Source: Macrostomum lignano
Lineage: Eukaryota
Length of the DNA stretch: 64,000 nucleotides
NCBI GenBank assembly: GCA_002269645.1
Contig: NIVC01002366.1
Location: forward strand, 116,251 to 180,250
Reading direction: 5' to 3'
Below the pieces are notes generated by a model. It had not been told where the DNA came from and ran no database searches. It saw only the letters and a program-made list of their open reading frames with translations. The position numbers and the translations under genes are program-made. How positions within the stretch are numbered: position 1 is the first letter of the stretch; each line of letters opens with the position of its first letter. Positions 23,737-36,364 of this stretch are shown one piece after another.

Positions 23737-24653
23737 AGGCTACTTTTCAACTAAAGCATAACAACAGCTTAGCAACGGCGTAACGACAGTAGTGAAACAT
23801 TATAACAATTTACAAATTATGAAAAGTTAACTACTCGTTAAGTATTTAACGCGTGGTTTTAGGAGTTTTTTAGCTATTCATGGGGGATTTCACATCAGCA
23901 GTTTGACAATATATTCTTCATTGTAGCGATTTAAAACCAGCTAGCAAGGAACCGGATACCATGCATAGTGATAACTGCAGTAAATTTAATAATTAATCTT
24001 ATTGCTACTACTCATGCAATTACCATCGATGTCAACAGTCTCATATTGGTACCCTCGTACCATTGCGTGCATGGTACTTCGCGCTTGTTATATTAATAGT
24101 ACTACGAGCTATATATAGTACCTTATAGTAGTACGTTATTGGTAGTACTATAGAAAGAGGTTAACTGCATGTACACACAAGAATACGATGAACTTCATAC
24201 TCTATTGTCATACATAGGTTGGAGATTCTAACGCAGGTCTATCCACGAAAACATTTTCTGCGCACTTGGATTAAAAATACTTCATATGTTTTGCCCTACA
24301 GTCTACAATAACACAATATACTGTTGACGGCTGTCTCCTGACCTCGCAATGAGGAGAAGCTTCTAATGAGGCAATTTCTTGTTGCCGAGCCAACTCGATC
24401 TTCTTGTAGAAGTGATCGATCACTGCACAAAAGCTAAAAGTTGGTGGAAGGAGAAATTCAGCTTCCAATCTTTTGACAATGTCTCAATTGTAAAGCTGAC
24501 AGTTGCGTGGAATACACTGGGGTGCAATTCACAGCCGTCGGAGCTGCTGTACATATTTTTAGCTTAGTATACGAAATTATGATTAAGTGAAATCTGTTTC
24601 AGTGTACATATACCAAACTCATCATAAAGTGTACAGTGTTCACGAAATATTGT

Positions 24654-25040
24654 TCCAGACTCATCATTAACTGTACAGTATTCATGGCATATTGTACCAG
24701 ACTCATCATTAACTGTACAGTATTCATGGCATATTGTACCAGACTCATCATTAACTGTACAGTGTTCATGGCATATTGTACCAGACTCATCATTAACTGT
24801 ACAGTATTCATGGCATATTGTACCAGACTCATCATTAACTGTACAGTATTCATGGCATATTGTACCAGACTCATCATTAACTGTACAGTATATTCATGGC
24901 ACATTGTACCAGACTCATCATTAACTGTACAGTGTTCATGGCATATTGTACCAGACTCATCATTAACTGTACAGTGTTCATGGCATATTGTACCAGACTC
25001 ATCATTAACTGTACAGTGTTCATGGCTACTCGTACTGTAC
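24654..25040. repeat. 42-bp minisatellite, about 9 copies
   Basis: Unit CCAGACTCATCATTAACTGTACAGTATTCATGGCATATTGTA; the ORFs here have a 14-aa period. Confidence 0.95.
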
Positions 25041-25104
25041 CAGATTCGGGACAAACTGTACAAAAATCTAGCTACCGTATTCCGTACGCCTTACACAAGG
25101 TAAG

Positions 25105-25160
25105 CCCAAGGACCACTAGAAGTTACCGTTGTATAACGGTAACTTCTAGTGGTCCTTGGG
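25105..25160. repeat. Perfect 26-bp inverted repeat with a 4-nt loop
   Basis: CCCAAGGACCACTAGAAGTTACCGTT-GTAT-AACGGTAACTTCTAGTGGTCCTTGGG. Confidence 0.95.
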
Positions 25161-25675
25161 TAAGCCACTGACAATTGGTTTTTTTATTTCAGTAATCGAG
25201 AAAAACACAATGCTTAAACCAATAGAATTGAACAGATTTTGCTCAAGTGACCGAATAATATTGACCCGTGATTAAAAATCTACGAAATTCGTTTATTTTG
25301 ACCGAAGAGTAAGGATCAATGTGTTTATAGTTACTATTAGAAGATCGAATGTATCCGAAAAGCAGATGTATTCCGTCTTGCTTCTGCTTTTTGCAACAGT
25401 AGCTGGCAGGGCAAGTAGTGCCAATTCTTTAAGCGCCTGAAAGGAGCCCAAAGTGAACAAAACCTTTGGGAGGGAGTTTAGCGTCATTCAACAACAACAA
25501 CAACAACAAAAATACGCTGTCAGTCCTTAAAGAAAACAGCATCACGGGGACGTGGACATTATCATTCAACTGTGCTTTTGAGTTGTTTCTGTAAAACATT
25601 GCGTCATACATTAAAAGAATCGTACAGGATTGCAAAATGTACATGATATCCGACGATTCCACACGCCACAAGCAA

Positions 25676-28600
25676 TCACACCATCGTCTTGGACTTCTCG
25701 ATCCTGATGCGCCTGGTCAGGGCCAGCCAGCAGCCGGCTGTGGCCAGGTAGGCGCCTGCGGCCACCCAGGCTGTGATCACCGACCAGCCCAGGGAGGCGC
25801 TGCGGTGAGTTGAGTTGCAGAACTGCAGTGGATGATAGGATAGTTGCGGCGTTCGTATCAGTTAATTTGCAATATCCTGCTGCTGACTACCAATTCCCAG
25901 CAACGGCTGTTTTGGGCTGCTGACTCCCGATTCCCAGCAGTGTCTGTTTTGTGCTGCTGACTCCCGATTCCCAGCAGTGTCTGTTTTGGACTGCTGACTC
26001 CCGATTCCCAGCAGTGTCTGTTTTGGGCTGCTGACTCCCGATTCCCAGCAGTGTCTGTTTTGGGCTGCTGACTCCCGATTCCCAGCAGTGTCTGTTTTGG
26101 GCTGCTGACTCCCGATTCCCAACAGTGTCTGTTCTGGGCTGCTGACTCCCGATTCCCAGCAGTGTCTGTTTTGGGCTGCTGACTCCCGATTCCCAACAGT
26201 GTCTGTTTTGGGCTGCTGACTCCCGATTCCCAACAGTGTCTGTTCTGGGCTGCTGACTCCCGATTCCCAACAGTGTCTGTTCTGGGCTGCTGACTCCCGA
26301 TTCCCAACAGTGTCTGTTCTGGGCTGCTGACTCCCGATTCCCAACAGTGTCTGTTCTGGGCTGCTGACTCCCGATTCCTAGCAGTGTCTGTTTTGGGCTG
26401 CTGACTCCCGATTCCCAACAGTGTCTGTTCTGGGCTGCTGACTCCCGATTCCCAACAGTGTCTGTTCTGGGCTGCTGACTCCCGATTCCCAACAGTGTCT
26501 GTTTTGGGCTGCTGACTCCCGATTCCTAGCAGTGTCTGTTTTGGGCTGCTGACTCCCGATTCCCAACAGTGTCTGTTTTGGGCTGCTGACTCCCGATTCC
26601 CAACAGTGTCTGTTTTGGGCTGCTGACTCCCGATTCCTAGCAGTGTCTGTTTTGGGCTGCTGACTCCCGATTCCTAGCAGTGTCTGTTCCGTCTGTCTGT
26701 CCACTTCCGTTCTTGCACAATGGAAGCATCTTTCTATTGTTCAACTGCTTCAAGAGCCGCTTCCTGCCTCATGCACAGGAAAAAAACCTAAGTCAGTCTC
26801 TCTCTTCCCCCTTCATCAGCTCAGTCTGCATCTGTGGCAGCATCTGATGCTGCTGCAGCTGGTATCCTGTCTTCTCCGGTCGGAAATCGGATTGAATTTC
26901 TTCATCTAGAAGGAATTCTGATTTGGCTGATGGAATGCATTCTGCTGTTGTCGCTCCTCACCCTGCTCCTGGATACCAATACCTTTAAGTCAACTCACCA
27001 TACAGGCTGTCTCCTACCTGTAATTCTCTGCACTGCGCAGCATAAGCTATATCCTCTCCACACATCCCTGCCACACATGTCCATGGATGCCCTCCAATTT
27101 TTTGTCAAACTCTTTTGGCATCCTTTTTCCGCGCTCTCAGCACTCGAGCTTTCCGATCTCCGCTCTCCAGCTCTACTCACCATTTCCGGAGTCTTGATTA
27201 GAGAGTAGCAAGCACACTGAGGACAGGCGTCGATCTGCGGCTTTTTAATCATCCTTGCCACCTTCTCGTGCTGTATGGAGTTGCTGAAGACGATGAATAT
27301 GCCTGGAAAACAGCCCACGCAGTTTTGACTCATTACACAGGCACAGGTGCTATCAAAATTGAGGTGCAGAGCGGACTACGGACTTACCTGCTGTCAGGTT
27401 TAGCACGCTGGTGACCATGATCGATGGTACAACCCTGGCCAGCAGGCCGATCGCTCCCGTTACCATGGACGCCGCTACGCATAGCAGCACTACGATGCAA
27501 CACGCCATTGCATTGTTCTGCATCTCTGAAATTTGAATGCGTGCGGCGCCTCTGTGCCAAAGTCACCTTTATCAGCAAATATCCTAGCTGTACTACTTGA
27601 TAGTGCTTGATTTTTGTGAAACCGAAACTAGTTCTGCCTGAGTCAGACTTCACACCCTGCCCCATTACACTCCATTCCTTTGACACCCACCTCACACCCT
27701 GCCCCATTCCACTCCATTCCTTTGACACCCACCTCACACCCTGCCCCATTCCACTCCATTCCTTTGACACCCACCTCACACCCTGCCCCATTCCACTCCA
27801 TTCCTTTGACACCCACCTCACACCCTGCCCCATTCCCCTCCTTTCCCCTTCATTCTCCTTCTCGTTCTGTACATACTGCTAATGCAACGCTTTACTTACT
27901 CATAATTTGCGATTCAGATGAGTTCTCCGTCTTGTCCAGCAGATCCCGGATGCTGCTGTAACCCGATATGTAGCTGAAGCACGTATTGTTTCGAATTAGC
28001 ATGCTGTATGTCGAGCAGTAGTCTGAGTAGTCCGAGTTTGTACCGGCTGAAAATACAGATTAGAGACCTCAATTTTCTCTTCTTCCTTCGCTTTAAAAGT
28101 GCATTTTCTTGTGTGCCCATTGTGTGACTCAGACTTGAAAGCTAATTGCCTAAAGAAAATCGGCTAGTACTGAAGTTTCTTAAATCAATCATTTCCGCTG
28201 CAAGCGACGATGCACCCACACCAGAATATTAAAACCTGCTTGCCCCTTGCTTCCATAATGAAGTTGCTGAAACTAAGCGCCTCAGGAGAATGGTGGATCA
28301 ACTGAGGTTGAGCACCTCGGGAGAATGATGGATCAACTGAGGCTAAGCACCTCGGGAGAATGATGGATCAACTGAGGCTAAGCACCTCGGGAGAATGATG
28401 GATCAACTGAGGTTGAGCACCTCGGGAGAATGATGGATCAACTGAGGTTGAGCACCTCGGGAGAATGATGGATCAACTGAGGTTGAGCACCTCGGGAGAA
28501 TGATGGATCAACTGAGGTTGAGCACTTCAGCAGAATGAAGAAATAACTGATGAACCTCAAGAACATGAGTGAGCTTTGAGGAGAGCACCAAAAGCTCCAG

Positions 28601-29022
28601 TCTTCGACGCGTCCCACAAACCCACAGGCGGAGTTCACTCGGTCGCAGAGGCTCCACATGCTGGCGTAGACATTCAGCAGGCAGAAGCCGGTCGCGGTCC
28701 CGTTGGCGGTGGAGTTGCCGGCGGGCAGCAGCACCAGCCCCGTCTGCTGTCCGGACTCAGAGAACAGCGGCCGGGGCTGCTGCCACTGGGTCGAGCCCGC
28801 CGCGGCCAGAGTCCGGTTCACCTGGCCGAAGTCGAAAGTCACGGACTCCCAGTAGGCGGTGCAGACGCTCAGCGCCAGCAGCAGGCAGCTGACGCCGCTG
28901 CAGCCAGCCGCGGCCACCGCCAGGCCGCAGACCTCGGCGCCGCCGCAGGCTCCAAAACTGGGCGTGGATTTTTTCCCCTTCCCGTCCTCTCCGGTCCGTA
29001 GCCCAATCGCTGACGAAGTCAT
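25676..29022 (-). CDS. Claudin/PMP22/Clc-like four-transmembrane protein, 5 exons
   Basis: Exons 29022-28626, 28046-27900, 27525-27388, 27302-27181, 25822-25676 with compatible phases. Features: TM1 followed by YW, SMWSLC (GLWxxC-like), two central TMs, LGWS..AW before TM4, and a C-terminus EKSKTMV (class I PDZ-like). Confidence 0.85.
25880..26690. repeat. 37-bp minisatellite, about 21 copies, in claudin-like intron 4
   Basis: Unit GGGCTGCTGACTCCCGATTCCCAGCAGTGTCTGTTTT. Confidence 0.96.
27650..27840. repeat. 42-bp minisatellite, 4-5 copies, in claudin-like intron 2
   Basis: Unit CACCTCACACCCTGCCCCATTCCACTCCATTCCTTTGACACC. Confidence 0.93.
28280..28530. repeat. 35-bp minisatellite, about 7 copies, in claudin-like intron 1
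   Basis: Unit GGATCAACTGAGGTTGAGCACCTCGGGAGAATGAT. Confidence 0.94.
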
Positions 29023-30850
29023 GCCGCTTGCAGAGGCTGCTCAGCTGTGTCTGATCTCTCGAACTGAAAGATGTCGGATGCTGGGAGCAGTTTGAACCGG
29101 CTCGGCCGCTATACTGTCTATAGTGGCAGCGGTGGCAAGGCCTGCACGGAGCTCTGTAGCCGTCTGTTTTTAATGAGATTCCCTCTGCCCCTCTTCTCAG
29201 TCCCCCCAAATCCTCCAGCTCCCGCACCGTCCCGACCCTCCAATCCGGCGCCTGTGGGCTGCTCAACTCCCACCGGGATAGGCCACCGGCTGGAAGGGCA
29301 GGGAAGGCAGCCCCAGGTCAGCAGCCCTCTGCCCCGGTGCGCTGTTTATGCTCACTCGCTCCCTCTCGCCTCGCCCAACGCTGCCCCCCCCCCAGCAGAC
29401 GGTCTCTCCAGCCTCCATCTGCGTCCCCAATTGCTGTTTTTGTCATCAGCTCCACACTCTGCGTTTCCTCTCGGCCTTTTCCTAACCACTCCATTTTACC
29501 ATTTCATCTCCGGCAGGCAGAGCAGCTCCCAGACCTCCATCAGTTGTGTTACCAGCGAGTAGCCTTGGCAACGGGGCTAAAATTACCCACGCAACTCTTC
29601 CGTGTGTGCACACCATCGCTTTATTTGTGTACTGTCAGCTGTTTGGAGCAGTTTCCTTTGGCGTCTTACTATGATGAATATTTTGGTTTGAGATGCGATG
29701 AGATTGATGAGATGTGACGAAATAAGACGCGATGAGTTGCATTGAGATGAGAGATTAGACGAAATTTAACTTTAAAAAGGTAAGCTTAGATAAGGACTTT
29801 CAGAGTGACAGGTAAGCGCATACTCCCATAGCTGTAGAGCAGTGCCTGAGCATTGCGTGGCCTGCTGCAAGTACAGCTCAGCTCAATAAGTGTTTTACCC
29901 GTCTCCCTCACCTCTCCAGTTCACAGGTCTGCAAATTCTCAAGCACCCCCTCCCTCTTCCGCACTGCACAGCTCTCAATAATTGTGAGCCAGCAATTTTA
30001 TGAGTCCAGCAAATCAAAGTGACTCAGCGCGAGACCGCGGCCCGGTCTGAAACTACTGCAGACAGTTTGGCCTTGAAATTGGCCCACATCAGTCCGGCTC
30101 CGCTCTATGCATGGCTTTGGGAAGGCAAACATGCGTGCCCTCAGGGGGGCGTTAGCTGCAGCCTGCGAGACCTGAGCACGTGAAGCAGAAATAATCGATC
30201 CAGTTTTGGCCGCTTCGTGATTCAACTTTCTCTGAGCATGCAGAGTGAGGGGGAGAGAGTAGAGCTGGGGGAGAGGAGTGGAAAAGTCTGCCTAGAGACT
30301 AATTGCATGGTTACCGCTCCCAGAGGAGTGCAGTACTGGAATTTCCCCCAGCCTGGTAACGCACTAATATGCGCCTAAAGCTTTACCGAATGCCCATAAC
30401 TTCCTATTAGCTGCTATATGGTGAGAATTGTAATTAGTGCTTTTCATTTAATTAGGAGGCAAGCTGAGCAAAATTTAACAAACTTGATGCATTCTTCCTC
30501 CACCAATTATCATTTCAATATCGGTCAAAATGCACGGGTTTAATTAAAATATGAATCGCGTTTTAAATGCAGATGGAATGACGACTAATTGTGCGACTAA
30601 TGAAGTCGGGTCTGCTCAGACTGGGACTGTGTATTTAAAAAAAAATTAATAACAGAAATAGGCATTGAAAACACGGGGGGGGGCATTGCGTTCTACTTGA
30701 GAGTAGCATGAAAAGAACATTGTGAACCGGTGTACTGTGTGCATTGGTTGGGCGCTGCATGCTTTCGATTTCGACCGAATTCACAACGGGCAAAATGTTA
30801 ATAGAGAATTTCAATTTCACCAACAAGTGGAGGCAGCAAATATGAATTAT

Positions 30851-30851
<1 letters not shown>

Positions 30852-30889
<38 letters not shown>

Positions 30890-30919
30890 GTAATAACAAT
30901 AATAATAATAGTAATAATA
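30852..30919. repeat. (AAT)n microsatellite
   Basis: Direct reading. Confidence 0.95.
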
Positions 30920-31351
30920 CTGAATTGACTTCACAAAGTGCACCAGGCTACTCTGGCATATATTCGTATGGGAAATATCCTATTTTAAGTACAACAAGCA
31001 CTTCAAGCTTCATGCAGTGTTCCGGATAAAGAGTTGGGGTGCAATTTGTGACGAGAAAATCACATCACACACTACTGGCCAATGCTTAGTACAAATAGTA
31101 TGAGACGGTCATGAAAAAATCAACAACTTCTACTCAAAGGCTGACAAGGCGAGTGAAGCGAATGAGTTTCAACCAACTGTATTCGAGATTCAGATAAAAT
31201 CGCTGGCCGATATGTTTCGAAAGTATTGATAGTGAAGCTTTACAAAAAGCCGACTCATACTACTGAACCAGATGAACAGTAGTAGAACGTAAATGATTGT
31301 CTATAAAATGTGCGCGAATTGTTGCGCAATCACCAATTGTTGGCGCCTCAT

Positions 31352-34164
31352 TCACTTGCGATTGGTGCGAAATTTCAGTGGCGGCGGCGGCGCGTTCAGG
31401 TTGATCTGCGGCAGGCGCATCAGCACCGCGGCCTCCTGGTCCTCGTATTTGCTGCAGCCGCCCACCAGCTTGTCCCACCAGGTCCTCTTCACGCAGACGG
31501 GCCTGGGCAGCAGGCCGAAACAGGGCATGCGCAGGCTGTAGAAGAAATAATACAGTACGCTCTTGGCCTGCGCGTCCTTGGAGGCTTGCAGACATTTCAG
31601 GAAGCTGAAGGACGTCACGAGGGAGGCGACGGCAAGGATGTCTTACAAATAGATGGACGGTAAACTGGCGTTTCTTAGAAAAGATTTGAAGGCTGACTGG
31701 GTAGTGTATTTCACGCTTAACCCAGTCACTCACAAATACAAATCTTGTCAGCACAGAGATACGAGCTAGATAGTTGTAAACAGCTCTGCACTTGCTTCCA
31801 GCGCTATTTATAGTTTGCAGTTCAACAGACTGCATGCGATTACTGAGCAATTTTGTGTCATTGTTAACCTGCTGGCGCCCTTGGTGCTGGCGCCCCTTGG
31901 TGCTGGCGCCCCTTGGTGCTGGCGCCCCTTGGTGCTGGCGCCCCTTGGTGCTGGCGCCCCTTGGTGCTGGCGCCCCTTGGTGCTGGCGCCCCTTGGTGCT
32001 GGCGCCCCTTGGTGCTGGCGCCCCTTGGTGCTGGCGCCCCTTGGTGCTGGCGCCCTTGGTGCTGGCGCCCCTTGGTGCTGGCGCCCCTTGGTGCTGGCGC
32101 CCTTTAGTGCTGGCGCCCTTTAGTGCTGGCGCCCTTTAGTGCTGGCGCCCCTTAGTGCTGGCGCCCCTTGGTGCTGGCGCCCCTTGGTGCTGGCGCCCCT
32201 TGGTGCTGGCGCCCCTTGGTGCTGGCGCCCCTTGGTGCTGGCGCCCCTTGGTGCTGGCGCCCCTTGGTGCTGGCGCCCCTTGGTGCTGGCGCCCCTTGGT
32301 GCTGGCGCCCCTTGGTGCTGGCGCCCCTTGGTGCTGGCGCCCCTTGGTTCTGGCGCCCCTTGGTGCTGGCGTCCCTTGGTGCTGGCGCCCCTTGGTGCTG
32401 GCGCCCCTTGGTGCTGGCGCCCCTTGGTTCTGGCGCCCCTTGGTGCTGGCGTCCCTTGGTGCTGGCGCCCCTTGGTGCTGGCGCCCCTTGGTGCTTGCTC
32501 TAATCCTCAATCAAAACCCCTGGCTACGCCCCTCCCTGACTGCAGACCCATGAAGCTAAATTGTGCGATAGGTAGACCATAGTTGACTAGTAACCCAGAT
32601 TTGCAAGAGCTCACTCGGGTTAGCTCAAAGCTGAATAAATTTTCAGCAAGTGTAATCATTAGTCATGAAGCAAAGCAGCTCTTCAAATTATAATTGTTGT
32701 ATTTACAGAGTCCTAGCCAAAGGAACTCAGAAGCACTCACCTGTTATCGCACTCGCAGTGCGACAGCGTAAACAGGAAGGTATTTTTGAAATTGTATTTC
32801 ACCTCGCTAGGCCGAACGTACACGCCGCAGTAGTCGTGCTGGCGGCAGCATTTGTCAGTCTCGAATGCGCTGCCGAGGTCGCTGAAATTCCTCGCGATGT
32901 TGCCTGCGGGCAGCGGCAGCGGAAACTTCTATGCATGTACATTGTGCAAATCATTAAATAGCATTCCCAACCCCAGTTTTTCGAGCTATCTCTACATGGC
33001 ACGAAGTGTCAGTCTTGCTTGCTCTGTTTGCTGGCAAGCCTCAAAGCGCGGAGCAAAAAATCTTTCCTTGCCTCGTGTATTTAAACTCCCGCGTGTCTCG
33101 TCCCACTTGGCTGCTGACTAACAGCGAAGTCAATCGATTTCGGCTGTCTATGGCTAAGAATCTACGCTTTCGAGGGGGGGGGCAGATTTTAACAGCGGGT
33201 TTTATGCCCGAGAATTTTGATCTACCGTGCCAAGCTTGGCCATAGATAAAAGAATTGAAAGTGGGCAAAGCAGGTATTTAGTACCTGTTAAGGTAAAGGA
33301 GACCAATCTTCATTCTACAAAAAGAGCGAAGTTTGTGTGAATGAGCAGGCAGACTTGGCCTTCACTTTTAAAATGTTTATAGCCTGGCATTAGTCAAGTT
33401 CAAGTTAATGACTTGAAAACAGCCAACAAGCCGGTCTGAGGGATCCCACCGTAAACATAAAATGAGTTAATCCGACCCTGCCATGCAGTAAATTGGAATA
33501 CAAATAAGAACACGTAGCAAAGCGTGGGGCGTGACAATAAAACTGACGGGCAGGCAGGCATGGGGTGGGTGCGTTTTCCCTTGAGCGTACTCGCCCCCAG
33601 TCGCCTCAGCCCAGATTTTAAGTGCGCCTGCACTTTATAAACCGAGAGTGTACGCCCGCTGACGCACCGGCTCACGTGATCGCACTTAGTCTGAACCTTG
33701 CGAGTTAAATTTAGAAACAGGATACTCCATTGTACGGTGTACGCTGCCACTGACTTTGAGCTATAAAAACAGTGTCAGTCAGTTAAGTGCTAAAACTTCC
33801 CATGACGTAGGTGGGTCGATCCAGAAAGCCAGACGATTGTAAAAAAACATTCTTAAAACTGGAATCTCGCGTGTTGAAAATCTGAGAGGGAGGGAGTTAA
33901 GTGAGGAATTGGGGACAGGCAGCACTCACCCGCTCCGCACCACTTGGTGCCGCTGTGAATAGGAAATCTCGGCCCGGAGCCGCCAAACTTCACCTTCTTG
34001 CCCTCGTAGTCGTGGAATTTCCCGTCTTCCGGTAGGGGATTATCCGACAACCCGTTCTGCTGCTCACTGAAGCTTTCTGTAGGCAATAGCAAACATAGCA
34101 GCAGTAGAAACAATAGTTGACAATTGCTAGAGCCAGACTGAGCCGACCGATGCGATGCCGGCAT
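31352..34164 (-). CDS. Group III (bee-venom-type) secreted phospholipase A2, intact, 3 exons (PLA2-A)
   Basis: Exons 34164-33930, 32903-32741, 31604-31352. A signal peptide is followed by HSGTKWCGAG|NIARNFSDLGSAFETDKCCRQHDYC...HCECD.SFLKCL and PCF, so the Ca-loop and catalytic HD are present. Confidence 0.93.
31870..32495. repeat. 16-bp minisatellite in PLA2-A intron 2
   Basis: Unit GGTGCTGGCGCCCCTT. Confidence 0.97.
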
Positions 34165-35139
34165 TGTTGCAAGTTCAGATAAGAAGCTCTTGATTAAATA
34201 GATAGTGTAGTATTCAGTTTAGTGTCACTTTGAAAAGGTTACGCCGTGGGCCCTCCTATCGTTTTTATAGGCTAAGGGAGGAGGGGTGGTGGGGCGGAGG
34301 AGGGGTGGGGGCCACAGGGGCCAACCGGGTGCTTCTCCCCTGCCCCCAGCCAGATTTCAGTATTCTGAATCATATTGCCGGCCGCCATTAATTTGTAGAG
34401 GCTGTCTGCAAAGTTTCACCGATTTCGTTTTTATCTGTAGATGTTGGTGCGCTTGAACTGCTGGCGTGGCCGCTAACTAAGGGAATGATGCGGAGCTGTC
34501 AGTCAGTTAAACACTCAGGCATTTCGTGAGCTGTCCATCAAACTTAGTGAAGTAAAAGAGATTTAGTGGATTGTTAAGTGTGTGGGCGCTAAAAATATTA
34601 TCCTTTTGGAATCCGTCAGAAATCAGAATTAACGAGAAAATTCCCCATTTACACCTGGAACAATCAAACTAATTGCTCTTACAATCAGCTTAATCAATGA
34701 TCCCAATTACGGGCATTCCAATGAGCCTCATGTGGTCCAGATTTAAAGATTGGCTCTATTTGATAAAGGCATTCCATGTGCTGTCTTACGTTGGGTTTTA
34801 TACTATGAAATGCCAATTCACGATCTGCTTGAAATACCAAGCATTCCAAATGCGGATTGATGAAGAAAAGTGCAAACTGCAATCTGCTTTTGCAACTAAT
34901 TGCTTCTTTTCTAGTTTAAATATTGAATAGATGTTTTGTAAATTATCATTATATTTGTAGCTGAACCTCTGCCTACACTTTATTTTACTAATATTTGCCA
35001 TATTCATATCATGAACTCATTGTCAACAGCTCAGTTTATTTGTATATGAGTCCCCACTCCTTGTCAGGCAGATCTTCCAGCTGGTCCATTAATGTGAGTC
35101 GGCAGAGTTGGATCCGGGAGGTCAAGGAAATTATTTGGC

Positions 35140-35455
35140 AGTTGAGAGAGGGGGTGGCTGGCCACAGAGTGAACGGAGAGAGGGGGTGGCTGGCCACAGA
35201 GTGAACGGAGAGAGGGGGTGGCTGGCCACAGAGTGAACGGAGAGAGGGGGTGGCTGGCCACAGAGTGAACGGAGAGAGGGGGTGGCTGGCCACAGAGTGA
35301 ACGGAGAGAGGGGGCGGCTGGCCGCAGTGAGCGGAGAGAGGGGGCGGCTGGCCACAGTGAGCGGAGAGAGGGGGTGGCTGGCCACAGTGAGCGGAGAGAG
35401 GGGGTGGCAGGCCGCAGTGAGCGGAGAGAGGGGGTGGCTGGCCACAGAGTGAGTG
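35140..35455. repeat. 30-32-bp minisatellite continuing out of PLA2-B exon 2
   Basis: Unit GCCACAGAGTGAACGGAGAGAGGGGGTGGCTG. Confidence 0.93.
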
Positions 35456-35712
35456 GCCAGTGATCCTGCTCGCGGCAGCAGAAGTCCGTGACAGATACAA
35501 AACCAAGATCGACTTTGCGATGGGAATTTCTAAGAGTTGGTAAGATTGATGAGGTTGAGCTGTAATCAGCACTACCAGGCTGAGCTGAATGAGTGACAGA
35601 GTGCTCGTAAATATTGCAAAAATTGCTAAAAAGGTTGGCAGCTTTTACTTGATTTGGGCGACTCTGTGAAAGACTGACCGCGGGGACTGGGATAGGCAGA
35701 TAAGTCAGACGA

Positions 35713-35874
<162 letters not shown>

Positions 35875-36364
35875 AACTCACCCTCGCCGCACCACCCCGT
35901 GCCGCGAATGGTGGTGGGAAACAGGCTCAGGAAACGATAGGCAGTGTCGAGCTCCACTTCTCTCCGCATGTCGAAGAGCGAAGAGTGTTCGATGGCTGCC
36001 TGGGCGGCGGCGCTGAGAGTCAGCATCAAGCTGGCGATCAGCATCACAGGCTTCGTCATCGAAGGAATCGGCAATCGATGTAAAGCTACTGAGGTCCGAT
36101 TGATCGGTAGCGCAAGCATTAGCGTGAGCTATACTTGTATTGACGAGTGCCAGCTATATCAGGTTAACAGAAAAACTGTAGCAGTTATTGGTTTTCTCGA
36201 TAATTTGCTAAATAATTTTCCGCTGAAAATCGATGGCCTTAGGAAGGAAATTGGAAATGAAATTAGGAACAGGAAATTGCCTTACTTTGTTTTTAACAAA
36301 ATGGACGACTATTATAATTAATTTTGGACTTCTTTTTATTTTATTCCCACGGTCCTCACGGTCT

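Noticed and set aside
24271-25487. Short minus-strand ORFs at 24271-24468 and 25293-25487
   Set aside because: No recognisable motif and no convincing splice chain.
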